From Rhodospirillales bacterium (GTDB lineage Bacteria > Pseudomonadota > Alphaproteobacteria > Rhodospirillales > CAMCUA01): a stretch of DNA of 52,570 nt. The notes beneath the pieces were generated by a model. It was not told the DNA's origin, ran no database searches, and saw nothing but the letters and a program-made list of their open reading frames with translations. Positions 20,283 to 29,372 of this stretch are shown piece after piece (positions within the stretch are counted from its first letter, which is position 1; each line of letters begins with the position of its first letter). The position numbers and the translations under genes were made by a program. The stretch is taken from NCBI GenBank assembly GCA_947470575.1, contig CANITX010000003.1, positions 1-52,570 of the forward strand. The letters run 5' to 3'.

Positions 20283-21140
20283 ATGAGCGCCACACCCGAA
20301 GCCATCGTCAACGACCTCGACCGTAAAGCCGAACGTCTGACCACGCCCTGCGGCGACGGTCACATGGTCTGGCGGCGATGGGGCAAGGGCGCTCGCCATG
20401 TCGTCTTGCTGCATGGCGGCCACGGCGCCTGGAGCCATTGGATCCAAAACATTCCCGCGCTCGCCGAACGTTATACCGTGCTGGCCGCCGACGCGCCCGG
20501 CTGCGGCGAGTCGGCCAGCCCGCCGATGCCCTTCGATGGCGACAGTCTGGCCGACATCGTCGTCGCCGGACTGAACAAGATCGTTCCCGCCGACGCACCG
20601 CCCTACCATCTGGTCGGCTTCTCCTTCGGCGGCGTGCTCAGCGGCCCGGTGGCCTTTCGCCTGGGCAAGCGGCTGGCCTCGCAAACCTTGGTCGGCGCCG
20701 GCGGTCTCGGCCTGGTGCCGCGCCTGCCGCGCGAGAATTTCCGAAGCTGGCGGAAGCTGACCGACCCGGCCGAGATCATGGCCGCCCATCGCTTTAACCT
20801 GGGCGTCCTGATGATCAGCGATCCGGCCCGCATCGACGAACTGGCGGTGTACATTCAGAACCGCAACACCCGCAACAGCCGCCTGGACAGCCCCTCGGTG
20901 GGCCGCACCGGCATCCTGCGCCGTCTGTTGCCGCAGACCAAGGTGCCGCTGAACGGCATCTGGGGTGAATTCGACGTTGTAGTAAAGGGCCAGATGGACG
21001 CCTGCCGCGACATTTTGCTCGATGGCCATCCGGAGCTCGACTTCCGCTATATTCCCGGGGCGGGCCACTGGGTGCAATACGAGGCGGCGGATCGCTTCAA
21101 TGCCATGCTGCTCGACATGCTGGCCGCCCGGGAAGCCTGA
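20283..21140 (+). CDS. Alpha/beta-fold hydrolase
   Basis: LLHGG, DAPGCGES, GFSFGG nucleophile elbow, WGEFD and AGHW. Confidence 0.9.
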   Translation: MSATPEAIVNDLDRKAERLTTPCGDGHMVWRRWGKGARHVVLLHGGHGAWSHWIQNIPALAERYTVLAADAPGCGESASPPMPFDGDSLADIVVAGLNKIVPADAPPYHLVGFSFGGVLSGPVAFRLGKRLASQTLVGAGGLGLVPRLPRENFRSWRKLTDPAEIMAAHRFNLGVLMISDPARIDELAVYIQNRNTRNSRLDSPSVGRTGILRRLLPQTKVPLNGIWGEFDVVVKGQMDACRDILLDGHPELDFRYIPGAGHWVQYEAADRFNAMLLDMLAAREA

Positions 21141-21155
21141 CGGCCATTTTTTTTC

Positions 21156-21174
21156 GCATGATCAAAAGTCATGC
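21156..21174. promoter_or_regulatory. LysR-type (T-N11-A) inverted repeat upstream of the cupin operon
   Basis: GCATGA-TCAAAAG-TCATGC; a near-copy lies at 27628..27646. Confidence 0.55.
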
Positions 21175-21279
21175 TCGGTATGATTTAGTTGTCCTTTTGT
21201 CGTGCTCTGCCGGGTGCCATCGTGACGGCAATAGGGACAGGCAGCACGCCGCCGCCACGCGCCAACAGGAGACGCCGAC

Positions 21280-22146
21280 ATGCAGACGAATTCCGCCAAG
21301 AAAGCCGTCGATTTCCATAAGCTGGTCGGCGATTTCCGCCTCAGCGATACGTCAGGTCACCGCGTTTCTCGGATGCTGCTGACCGGCAAGGAAGGCGCGC
21401 CCAACAACTACAAGATGGGCCTGGGCGGCGGTGGCGAGAGCGAGGATTGGACGACGCCGCGCCATCGCCACACCTTCGAGCAGTTCCGCTATCCGCTGTC
21501 CGGCGAATATGTCATCCGCAAGGACGAAGTGCTGCCCGCCGGCTGGGTCGCCTATTTCCCCGAGTCCGTCTACTACGGCCCGCAGATCAAACGCGGCGAT
21601 CTGCTGATGCTGTCGCTGCAGTTCGGCGGGCCGAGCGGCCTTGGTTATTGGAGCGCGGCCGAACGCAAGAAGGCCACCGAGCGCCTGTTGGCCAAGGGCG
21701 GCAAGTTCGACGACGGCGTCTATACCTGGACCGACGATAAAGGCCGGCGCCACAACCAGGATGCCTCCGAGGCAGTCGAGGCGGAAGCCCGTGGCCACGA
21801 TGTGGACTACCCGGAACCGCGCTACAAGGATCTGGTCATGATCAATCCGGCCGCCTTCTCCTGGATCAAGGACAAGGACGCACGGGGTGTGGCGCGCAAG
21901 AACCTGGGTTCGTTCACGGAACGCGACGCCCGCTTCGGCTTTGTCCAAATGGAGAAGGGCGCCACCCTGCAGTTCGGCACGGAACGTGCGCCGGAAGTGC
22001 TGTATCTCAAGGAAGGCGTCCTCGCCCACGATAACAGCACCTATGATGCCCAGTCCGCCTTCGGCACCGAGGCCGACGAAAAGCCGGTTTCGCTGACTGC
22101 CGTCGAGCCTTCCGAACTGGTCTATATGAAGCTGCCGACGTTCTGA
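21280..22146 (+). CDS. Uncharacterised cupin-like protein, paralog 1
   Basis: PRHRHTFEQ (cupin motif 1) and GWVAYFPESVYYGPQ (motif 2-like); AGGAG RBS. Confidence 0.8.
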   Translation: MQTNSAKKAVDFHKLVGDFRLSDTSGHRVSRMLLTGKEGAPNNYKMGLGGGGESEDWTTPRHRHTFEQFRYPLSGEYVIRKDEVLPAGWVAYFPESVYYGPQIKRGDLLMLSLQFGGPSGLGYWSAAERKKATERLLAKGGKFDDGVYTWTDDKGRRHNQDASEAVEAEARGHDVDYPEPRYKDLVMINPAAFSWIKDKDARGVARKNLGSFTERDARFGFVQMEKGATLQFGTERAPEVLYLKEGVLAHDNSTYDAQSAFGTEADEKPVSLTAVEPSELVYMKLPTF

Positions 22147-22195
22147 TCGGCGGCGCGGCAAAGGCCTAAGAAACACGTTCCAGGGAGAGACCGAC

Positions 22196-23053
22196 ATGCA
22201 GATCAGCAACAAAAGCGAAGCGCAGGATTACTTCAAGGTCGTTGGGGATTTCCGCTCCTCCGGCAAGCGCAACTCCAGCATGTTGCTGACCGGCAAGGAC
22301 GGTGCGCCCGACAATTACAAGCTGGGCTTGAGCGGCGGCGGCAATCCTGAAGACTGGACTTCGCCGCGCCACCGCCACACCTTCGAACAGTTCCGTCACC
22401 CCATCTCCGGTGACTATGCCATCAAGAAGGATGAGGTTTTACCCGCCGGCTGGGTCGCCTATTTTCCGGAATCGGCCTATTACGGCCCGCAGGTGAAAAG
22501 CGGCAATCTACAGATGATGTCGTTGCAGTTCGGCGGGCCCAGCGGCCTTGGCTATTGGAACATGTACAGGTGCAAGGAGGCCTTCGACCGGCTGGTCGCC
22601 AAGGGCGGCAAGTTCGAAAACGGCATCTACACCTGGCTCGACGATAACGGAAAGCGCCACAATCAGGACGCCTCCGAAGCGGTCGAGGAAGAGGCGCGCG
22701 GCCACCCGGTCGAATATCCGGAGGCCCGCTACAGCGACATTGTCATCATGAATCCGGCGGCCTTTAGCTGGATCAAGGACCGCGAACATACCGGCGTGGC
22801 GCGCAAGCATTTGGGCACTTTCACCGAACGCGACGCGCGCATCGGCTTCGTCCGTCTGGAAAAGGGTGCGACGCTGCCGTTCGGCACCGAGCCGTCGGCT
22901 GAAATCGTCTTCCTCAAGGAAGGCCGCATCAGCCATGACAACAGCACCTACGCCGCGCATACCGCCTTCGGCACGGAGGCCGACGAAAAGCCCGTCGGCC
23001 TGACCGCGGTCGAACCCTCCGAATTGGTTTATATGAAGCTGCCGACGTTCTGA
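22196..23053 (+). CDS. Uncharacterised cupin-like protein, paralog 2
   Basis: Colinear with paralog 1 down to the C-terminal YMKLPTF; GGGAG RBS. Confidence 0.8.
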   Translation: MQISNKSEAQDYFKVVGDFRSSGKRNSSMLLTGKDGAPDNYKLGLSGGGNPEDWTSPRHRHTFEQFRHPISGDYAIKKDEVLPAGWVAYFPESAYYGPQVKSGNLQMMSLQFGGPSGLGYWNMYRCKEAFDRLVAKGGKFENGIYTWLDDNGKRHNQDASEAVEEEARGHPVEYPEARYSDIVIMNPAAFSWIKDREHTGVARKHLGTFTERDARIGFVRLEKGATLPFGTEPSAEIVFLKEGRISHDNSTYAAHTAFGTEADEKPVGLTAVEPSELVYMKLPTF

Positions 23054-23067
23054 AAGGAACCGCCGCC

Positions 23068-23595
23068 ATGGCTACCGTCGTCAATACCGCGCAACGTGCT
23101 CAAGAGCTTGCCGATCCGGCCGCGAAAGAGTCCCTGCACAAAGAAGCCGAGACCCGCGTGCAGCCGTTCTATTTCAAGCCGCCGGAAGAACGGCCGAAGG
23201 ACGCCAAGACTTACTACAACTTGGCTAAGTCCGACCTGGTCGGCGCCCAGATACAGATCGTGCCGCAAGGCGGGGCGAACAACCTGCATTACCACACCGG
23301 CGAGGACGGTTTCTGGATGGTGCTGCAAGGTCGGGCGCGGTTTTACGATTCCAACGGCCCGACCGGCGAATACGGACGATTGGAAGGCGTGCTGATGCCG
23401 CGCAACGCCCGCTATTGGTTCGAGGCGGTGGATTGCGGCGAGGAATTGCACCTTCTGCACATTTCCGGCCGTCAGCCGCGCGACAACCGGCGCGTCGACC
23501 TGGAGGCGAAGACCGCGCAGTTCGGGCGGTCCATGCACGTCGACCTGCTGCCCGATGGCGAGCAGAAGATCACCCGTCGGAATTCGGAGGGCTGA
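23068..23595 (+). CDS. Cupin domain protein
   Basis: GGANNLHYHTGEDGFWMVLQG and GVLMPRNARYWF; AAGGA RBS. Confidence 0.82.
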   Translation: MATVVNTAQRAQELADPAAKESLHKEAETRVQPFYFKPPEERPKDAKTYYNLAKSDLVGAQIQIVPQGGANNLHYHTGEDGFWMVLQGRARFYDSNGPTGEYGRLEGVLMPRNARYWFEAVDCGEELHLLHISGRQPRDNRRVDLEAKTAQFGRSMHVDLLPDGEQKITRRNSEG

Positions 23596-23658
23596 TCGGT
23601 TAAGGGCCGCTCCACATCCCATGCCGTTGAAAAGTTCTCGCGTGTAGGAGACATCGCC

Positions 23659-24525
23659 ATGCAAGCCGGTTCCGCCAGCGCATTGAAGGACGGCCCTGCC
23701 TACCACGATAAGGTTGGCAATCTACGCACGGGGACGCGCAATACCAGTACGCTATTGTTGGGGAAGGAAGGCGCGCCCAACAATTACAAGGCCAACTTCG
23801 GCGGCGGTGAGGACAGCGGCAGCGGCGATTGGATCGCGCCCCGCCATCGCCACACTTTCGAGCAGGTCCGTCATCCGTTGTCCGGCGACTACACCATCGG
23901 CACCGATCAGGTTCTGCCCGCCGGCTGGGTCGCTTATTTTCCCGAGTCCGTGTACTACGGCCCGCAGGTCAAAAGCGGCAATCTGGTGATGTTCTCCTTG
24001 CAGTTCGGCGGCACCAGCGGCCAGGGCTATTGGAGCATGCGCCAGCGTAAGGAGGCCTATCAGGCTTTGGCCGCCAAAGGCACCTTCCACGACGGGGTCT
24101 ATACCTGGATCGACGACAAGGGCGTTCGCCATAACCAGGATTCTGCCGAAGCTGTGTTCGAGCAGGCGCTCGGGCGCAAGACCGAATATCCACCGGCCCG
24201 CTACAAGGACCTGGTGATGATGAACCCGGCCGCGTTCAGTTGGCGCAAGGACAAGGACCAGCCCGGCGTTGCTCGCAAGCATTTGGGCATCTTCACCGAA
24301 CGCCTGATCAAGGTCGCCATGATTCAGGTCGACAAGGGCGCGATGCTGACCTTCGGCGCCGAGCCGGCGCCCGAGGTGCTATTCCTAAAGGAAGGCGTCA
24401 TGACCCACGACAACACCAGCTACGATAAGCATTCCGCGTTCAGCACCGAGACCGACGACGCCCCGGTATCCTTGCGCGCCGTCGAGCCTTGCGAGCTTCT
24501 GTACATCAAGACGCCGACGTTCTGA
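23659..24525 (+). CDS. Uncharacterised cupin-like protein, paralog 3
   Basis: PRHRHTFEQ, YFPESVYYGPQ and C-terminal YIKTPTF; AGGAG RBS. Confidence 0.8.
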   Translation: MQAGSASALKDGPAYHDKVGNLRTGTRNTSTLLLGKEGAPNNYKANFGGGEDSGSGDWIAPRHRHTFEQVRHPLSGDYTIGTDQVLPAGWVAYFPESVYYGPQVKSGNLVMFSLQFGGTSGQGYWSMRQRKEAYQALAAKGTFHDGVYTWIDDKGVRHNQDSAEAVFEQALGRKTEYPPARYKDLVMMNPAAFSWRKDKDQPGVARKHLGIFTERLIKVAMIQVDKGAMLTFGAEPAPEVLFLKEGVMTHDNTSYDKHSAFSTETDDAPVSLRAVEPCELLYIKTPTF

Positions 24526-24546
24526 ACGGCGGATTCCCCCGCCGTT
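24525..24546. terminator. Hairpin between convergent operons
   Basis: AACGGCGG-ATTCCC-CCGCCGTT; no strong U tract. Confidence 0.5.
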
Positions 24547-24570
24547 ATCTGCCGGCGGCATCCGCCGCTG

Positions 24571-26319
24571 TTATCTGACGGTCAGGCCGAAGCGTTTCGC
24601 CATCAGATAGAAGGCGGTGGCGACCAGCGTCATCAGCGCCGTCCACAGCAGCCCCAAGGCTGCCACCATGATGACGCCGCCGCTTTCCCAGACGTCGAAC
24701 AGCACCACCGAAATCACCCGCGAATGCGGGCCGATCAGCAGGATTGGCAGCGACAGCGAGCCCACCGACAGCAAAAAGACGAACAGCCATCCGGTGGTCA
24801 AGGCCGGTGCCACCAGCGGGACGACGATGCGCACGAAGGTGGTGAATTGTCCGGCGCCCGAACTCCAGGATGCCTGCTCCAATTCCGTATGGATCTGGAT
24901 GATGCCGGCATAGGCATAGCGCATGCCATAGGGCATGTAGCGGATCCATGAGGCATAGACGATCGACAGCAGCGTGCCGTAGATGGGAAACGGCATCTGC
25001 AGGAAAAGTTCGAGCATGGCGACGCCGAGCACGATGGCCGGAAAAACCAGCGGTATGGTGATCAACTGGTCGATCAGCCAGGCTCCGCGGTAACGGCGCA
25101 CCACGAACCAGGCGCATAGAACGGTGAACAGCGAGGTCAACGTTGCTGTGCCGATGCCCAGCAGAAAAGTATTCCACAATGCGCCCATGAACGAGACGGT
25201 ACCCAGCACGGTCCGGTAGTTGTTGAGCGTCAGCAGCGACAGGCCGGCGATGCTGACGTGCTGGATGTAGGGCATCAACGACATCCAAATCAGGATGCCC
25301 AGCGGCAGTACAATGATGACGAAGAAGAACAGGAGCAGGAATCCGGCCGTCAGGTAACGCAGCTTGCCGAGATGGATCGGCCGCGGGCGATAGCCTTTGC
25401 CGGTGATCGTCTGATAGCGCTCGGCGCGCCGCGACAGCCGCCCGTAGAAATGCAGCAGGACCATGACGATGGCCAGCAACCCCATGGAAAAGGCCCCGGC
25501 CCGACCGTGGTTGGGCGGGATGGCGGTCTGATAGTCCGTGGCGATCTCGGTGGTCAGCACGAAGACGTTGCCGGGCATGCCGACCAGAGCCGGAATTTCA
25601 TAGGACTCGAAGGCCCGGATGACGATCAGCAGGGCCACCGCCAGAACCGCCGGCAAGGCCAGCTTCAGGGTGATGTCGCGGAAGGTGCGTGGGATGCTGG
25701 CGCCCGACATCATCGAGGCTTCCTCGAACGAGGCATCGGCCGAGCGGAACACCGACGACGTTAGCAGGAAGGCGAGCGGCGCCCAGTTGATCGCCTCGAT
25801 GACGATCATGCCGGAGAGGGAATAGACGCGAAACACCGGCTCCTTGCTGCCGGTCAGGTACATCAGGATCTCGTTGACCGGGCCGGAATTGCCGAAGATC
25901 AGGATCCAGGCGACGGTGTAAAGCACGCCGGGAATGCCCAGCGAGACGATTGAAAACAGAAACACGTACTGCCGCCCCGGCGTGTCGGTCCGCTCGACGA
26001 TCCAGGCTTGGCCGACGCCCAGCACGACGGCGAGCGCCGCCGAGGCAACGGCGTAGATGGCGGTATTGCGCACGGCGCGTCCGAACAACGGACTGTCGAA
26101 CAGCCCGGTCCAGTAATCGAAGGTGAAGTCGCCCCGTTCGCCGAGCAGCGTCGTCGTATAGAAGCTGGTCTGGATCAGATAGAGGATCGGCGGGACGACC
26201 ATTGCCAGCAGCACCGCCGCCAGTAGCAGGACGACTGGCGAGCATTTCAGGCGCGACCGGGCCGGAAGATGGGCAGGGGCGGGGGCCTCGTTTACGGACA
26301 TGGCCGTCACCAACGACAT
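24571..26319 (-). CDS. ABC importer permease with two fused TM domains (FbpB/ThiP-like)
   Basis: Two EAA loops (FEEASMMSGA and LEQASWSSGA) and a YQTITGKGYRP linker. Alternative start at 26301. Confidence 0.9.
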   Translation of the reverse strand: MSLVTAMSVNEAPAPAHLPARSRLKCSPVVLLLAAVLLAMVVPPILYLIQTSFYTTTLLGERGDFTFDYWTGLFDSPLFGRAVRNTAIYAVASAALAVVLGVGQAWIVERTDTPGRQYVFLFSIVSLGIPGVLYTVAWILIFGNSGPVNEILMYLTGSKEPVFRVYSLSGMIVIEAINWAPLAFLLTSSVFRSADASFEEASMMSGASIPRTFRDITLKLALPAVLAVALLIVIRAFESYEIPALVGMPGNVFVLTTEIATDYQTAIPPNHGRAGAFSMGLLAIVMVLLHFYGRLSRRAERYQTITGKGYRPRPIHLGKLRYLTAGFLLLFFFVIIVLPLGILIWMSLMPYIQHVSIAGLSLLTLNNYRTVLGTVSFMGALWNTFLLGIGTATLTSLFTVLCAWFVVRRYRGAWLIDQLITIPLVFPAIVLGVAMLELFLQMPFPIYGTLLSIVYASWIRYMPYGMRYAYAGIIQIHTELEQASWSSGAGQFTTFVRIVVPLVAPALTTGWLFVFLLSVGSLSLPILLIGPHSRVISVVLFDVWESGGVIMVAALGLLWTALMTLVATAFYLMAKRFGLTVR

Positions 26320-26373
26320 CCTTCTCGCAGCATGTGTCGCCTCGGATGTCGTTTGCCGCCGCCTGCAGCCGCC

Positions 26374-27471
26374 CTATTCGCCCCGGAAGTACGTCTTGAA
26401 CAACTCCACCGACTTGGGCGTCATCTGCGCCTCCTTCACCGCATCCACCACCAGTTCCTTCTGGTTGTTCATGGCCGGTACGGTCCAGCGCAGCTCGGGC
26501 AGCGGTTCGGCCTTGGGGTGCGACGGATTGTAGCCGGCTTCGACCAGAGCTTTCTGGCCGCCGTCCTTGTCCAGCATCCAGTCCATGAACAGCATGGCGG
26601 CATGGGGATGCGGTGCGCCCTTGAGCAGCGCGATGCCGCTGGTCTTGGTCAGTGCCGGTTCATAGTTGGCCCCGTCGATCGGCGCGCCGTCGGCCTTCAG
26701 CCGGCCGATGACGTGCATCGCCGAAGCGAAGGAGAAGGCATATTCGCCCAATACCGTCTGGTCGATGACCTCGTTGGTCGAGCCGAGCGAGGTGCGGATA
26801 TCCAGCTTAGCGAGCTTCTTCAGGAATTCGACGGTCTTGTCCTCGCCCCACATCAGGCGCCAGTGGGTGATCAGGCGCGGTCCGCCGGAAACCGCCGTGT
26901 TCGGCCAGATCAGCTTGCCTTTGAACTTAGGATCGATATTGACTAGGTCTTCCCACGATTTCGGCGCCTCCTCGGGCTTCACCAGATTGGTATTCCAGGC
27001 GATGCCGACCCAACCTGTTCGGAAGCCGACCCACTCGCCGGCCTTGTCGATATAGTCCTGGTTGTATTCCTCGAGTCGGGGCGACCAGAAGGGCTGCAAC
27101 AGGCCCGAACCGCTCAGGCTGTCGACGTTGCCGGCGGCCACCGCGTCGACGCGCACCGAGTTGGCGCGCTTTTCCGCCTGCATGCGCTGCATGCTCTGGG
27201 CTGCTGTCGAAAAAATGAACTCCGCCTTCAGGAAGGGATACTTCTTGGCGAAGGCTTCGGTGACCGGACGCGATCCGGTGTCCACGTTCAAGGTGGAATA
27301 CCAGATCAGCTCGCCTTCCTTCTTGGCGCCTTCCTCCAGCAGCTTCTGGCGGTCGGGCCCCTTGTAATTGAAGATTTCGTCCGGGGTCAGGGAATAAGAC
27401 GGCGCTGCGCCGAAAAGAATAAGGACGGCCGCGGTGAAACCTGTGCCAAGCAACACTCTGGCGGACATCAT
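26374..27471 (-). CDS. ABC solute-binding protein (Fe3+/thiamine/polyamine-like cluster)
   Basis: Signal peptide, GAKKEGELIWYST, APKSWEDL and APHPHAAMLFMDW; GGGAG RBS before ATG 27471. Confidence 0.88.
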   Translation of the reverse strand: MMSARVLLGTGFTAAVLILFGAAPSYSLTPDEIFNYKGPDRQKLLEEGAKKEGELIWYSTLNVDTGSRPVTEAFAKKYPFLKAEFIFSTAAQSMQRMQAEKRANSVRVDAVAAGNVDSLSGSGLLQPFWSPRLEEYNQDYIDKAGEWVGFRTGWVGIAWNTNLVKPEEAPKSWEDLVNIDPKFKGKLIWPNTAVSGGPRLITHWRLMWGEDKTVEFLKKLAKLDIRTSLGSTNEVIDQTVLGEYAFSFASAMHVIGRLKADGAPIDGANYEPALTKTSGIALLKGAPHPHAAMLFMDWMLDKDGGQKALVEAGYNPSHPKAEPLPELRWTVPAMNNQKELVVDAVKEAQMTPKSVELFKTYFRGE

Positions 27472-27540
27472 GTCGTATCTCCCAGCCTGTAAAGACATCC
27501 GCGTTATTTTTTTGTCTTTTTAAGCGGCCGTCGCGGTTTT

Positions 27541-27646
27541 TGAATATTATTCAGGGACTTGGCCGTCTCAACTTGGCGAGGATGTCATTTTGGGGGCAGC
27601 ACCAAAATAACAATTTCGGCATGGACCGCATGATTTTTTACTATGC
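27541..27646. promoter_or_regulatory. AT-rich promoter region with three inverted repeats, including an LTTR-type box
   Basis: TGAATA-T-TATTCA (27541-27553), ATTTTGG-N8-CCAAAAT (27587-27608) and GCATGA-N7-CTATGC (27628-27646). Confidence 0.5.
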
Positions 27647-27705
27647 ATTGGTCGCCGACCGATCGGCCGGTCGTTCCGGCCTGCTGTACCGAGAACGGCT
27701 GTGCC

Positions 27706-28026
27706 TTACGGACGGTTGCCGTCTGGCAGCTCGATGGTCAGCATCAACGTGCTCAGGCTCTTGCCATGCATGTCCTGGGCTAGCGAGCGGGTGACGCCGC
27801 CGCCGAGCGCACGCTCGATGACGAAGTTGAGTGCCTTGAGCTTCGGCAGTTCGTAGCGGGTGACCGGCCCACGGGCGATATGGGCATAGGCCGCCATCAC
27901 CCGTTCTGCCGTCAGCTCGCGGCGCAAGACCTCCCAGGCCGCCGCATCATAGGCGACGACCATGATGCTCGACGTATCGCCCTTGTCGCCGGCCCGTGAA
28001 TGGCCAAGATCGTAAACGCGCACCAT
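27706..28026 (-). CDS. Small AtuA-associated protein
   Basis: HSRAGDKGD, VTRYELP and LGGGVTRSLAQDMHGKSLS; ATG at 28026 overlaps the stop of the AtuA-family gene. Confidence 0.85.
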   Translation of the reverse strand: MVRVYDLGHSRAGDKGDTSSIMVVAYDAAAWEVLRRELTAERVMAAYAHIARGPVTRYELPKLKALNFVIERALGGGVTRSLAQDMHGKSLSTLMLTIELPDGNRP

Positions 28027-29372
28027 CAGCCGCCTTCCTCGATGAAAACTTCGGGGCGCACCAGCTCGCGCGGCAGCAGCAACGACTGTACGGCGAGGAT
28101 TTCGCGCACCGACGGTTCCGATGCGCCGCCGCCGCCGGCCGGGCCGTTGACGTGCATCGCCCGCGTCTCGAAGCCGACCGCCTCGGCCGCCTTGCGGTTC
28201 TCCGTGCGGCACGCGATGCGCAACCGTACTTCGTAAGGTTCCGGCTGGTTGGGCCGTTCGCCGTGCAGGCTGGAGATGCCGATCAGGTCGACCCGGGTTT
28301 CGGAATAGCTGAAGCCGCGCAGGCGCAGGCGTTCCTGTACCACCTCGGCACAGAGCTTGGCGCGCCCGACGGCATTGATGCCGGCATAGCTCACCTGGCC
28401 TTCGCCGATGTAGCCGTCCGTATAGCCGACCGTGACCTTGTAGAACGGCGTACGCGGCCAGCCCCGCGCGCCGCTGACGCGCACCCGGTTTTTCCCGTCC
28501 GACGTCAACTCGACGTCGGTGATGTCGAGCACGCAGTCGGGCGTGATGTAAGACGCCGGGTCGTGCATCTCGTAGAGCAATTGCTCGGTGCAGGTGGCAG
28601 CGTCCACCCGCCCGCCGCTGTCGGGCAGTTTGGTGATGACGACGCCGCCATCCGCCGCCACCTCGCCGATGGGGAAACCGCATCGAGCCAGATCCTCGAC
28701 ATCCTTTTTTCCCGGATCCGCGAAGCAGCCGCCCGTCACCTGCGCCGCGCATTCCAGCAGATGACCCGCCGCCGTCCCCGCCGCCAGCCGCTGCCAGTCA
28801 TCGTAATCCCAGTTGAAATGGTAAAGCGCCGGGGCCAGGAACAGCGACGGATCGGCAACGCGGCCCGTGACCGTCACCGGCGCGCCCAACGCCAGTGCCT
28901 GGCGCACCACGTCGGCGCCAAGATAGGCGTTGGCCGAGACCATGCGCGGCAATAGGCTCTCCACCGGCTCGCCGTTCTCCAGGATTTTCAGGTCGGGCCG
29001 GCGGCGTACCAGCTCGCTGACGTCGTCGCCTTGGACGACGGCACAGGCGATGTCGCCCAGACCCAGGTCGCGGGCGATACGTCGGGTCATGCGCGCCGCT
29101 GCCGGCGGGTTGGCGGCGCCCATGTTGGTCAGGATCCGCGTGCCGTTTTTCAGGCAGTCCGGCAGCACCGCCTCGAAGCGCATCGGCAGGTAAGGGGTAT
29201 AGCCGAGCTCCGGGTTCTTCTGCCGCGTCTGGTTCTCGCGCGCCACGGTACGCTCAGCCAGACACTCGAAGACCAGCCAGTCGATGGCGCCGCTCGCCGC
29301 CAGTTCGACGGCCGGGGCCAGCCGGTCGTCGGCGAAACCGGCACCGGCGCCGATGCGCAGCGGCTTACGCAC
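28026..29372 (-). CDS. Acyclic terpene utilization AtuA (DUF1446) family protein
   Basis: IGAGAGFADDR, FECLAER, NMGAANP, ANAYLG, TGRVADPSL, GHLLEC and EQLLYE motifs. Confidence 0.9.
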   Translation of the reverse strand: MRKPLRIGAGAGFADDRLAPAVELAASGAIDWLVFECLAERTVARENQTRQKNPELGYTPYLPMRFEAVLPDCLKNGTRILTNMGAANPPAAARMTRRIARDLGLGDIACAVVQGDDVSELVRRRPDLKILENGEPVESLLPRMVSANAYLGADVVRQALALGAPVTVTGRVADPSLFLAPALYHFNWDYDDWQRLAAGTAAGHLLECAAQVTGGCFADPGKKDVEDLARCGFPIGEVAADGGVVITKLPDSGGRVDAATCTEQLLYEMHDPASYITPDCVLDITDVELTSDGKNRVRVSGARGWPRTPFYKVTVGYTDGYIGEGQVSYAGINAVGRAKLCAEVVQERLRLRGFSYSETRVDLIGISSLHGERPNQPEPYEVRLRIACRTENRKAAEAVGFETRAMHVNGPAGGGGASEPSVREILAVQSLLLPRELVRPEVFIEEGG

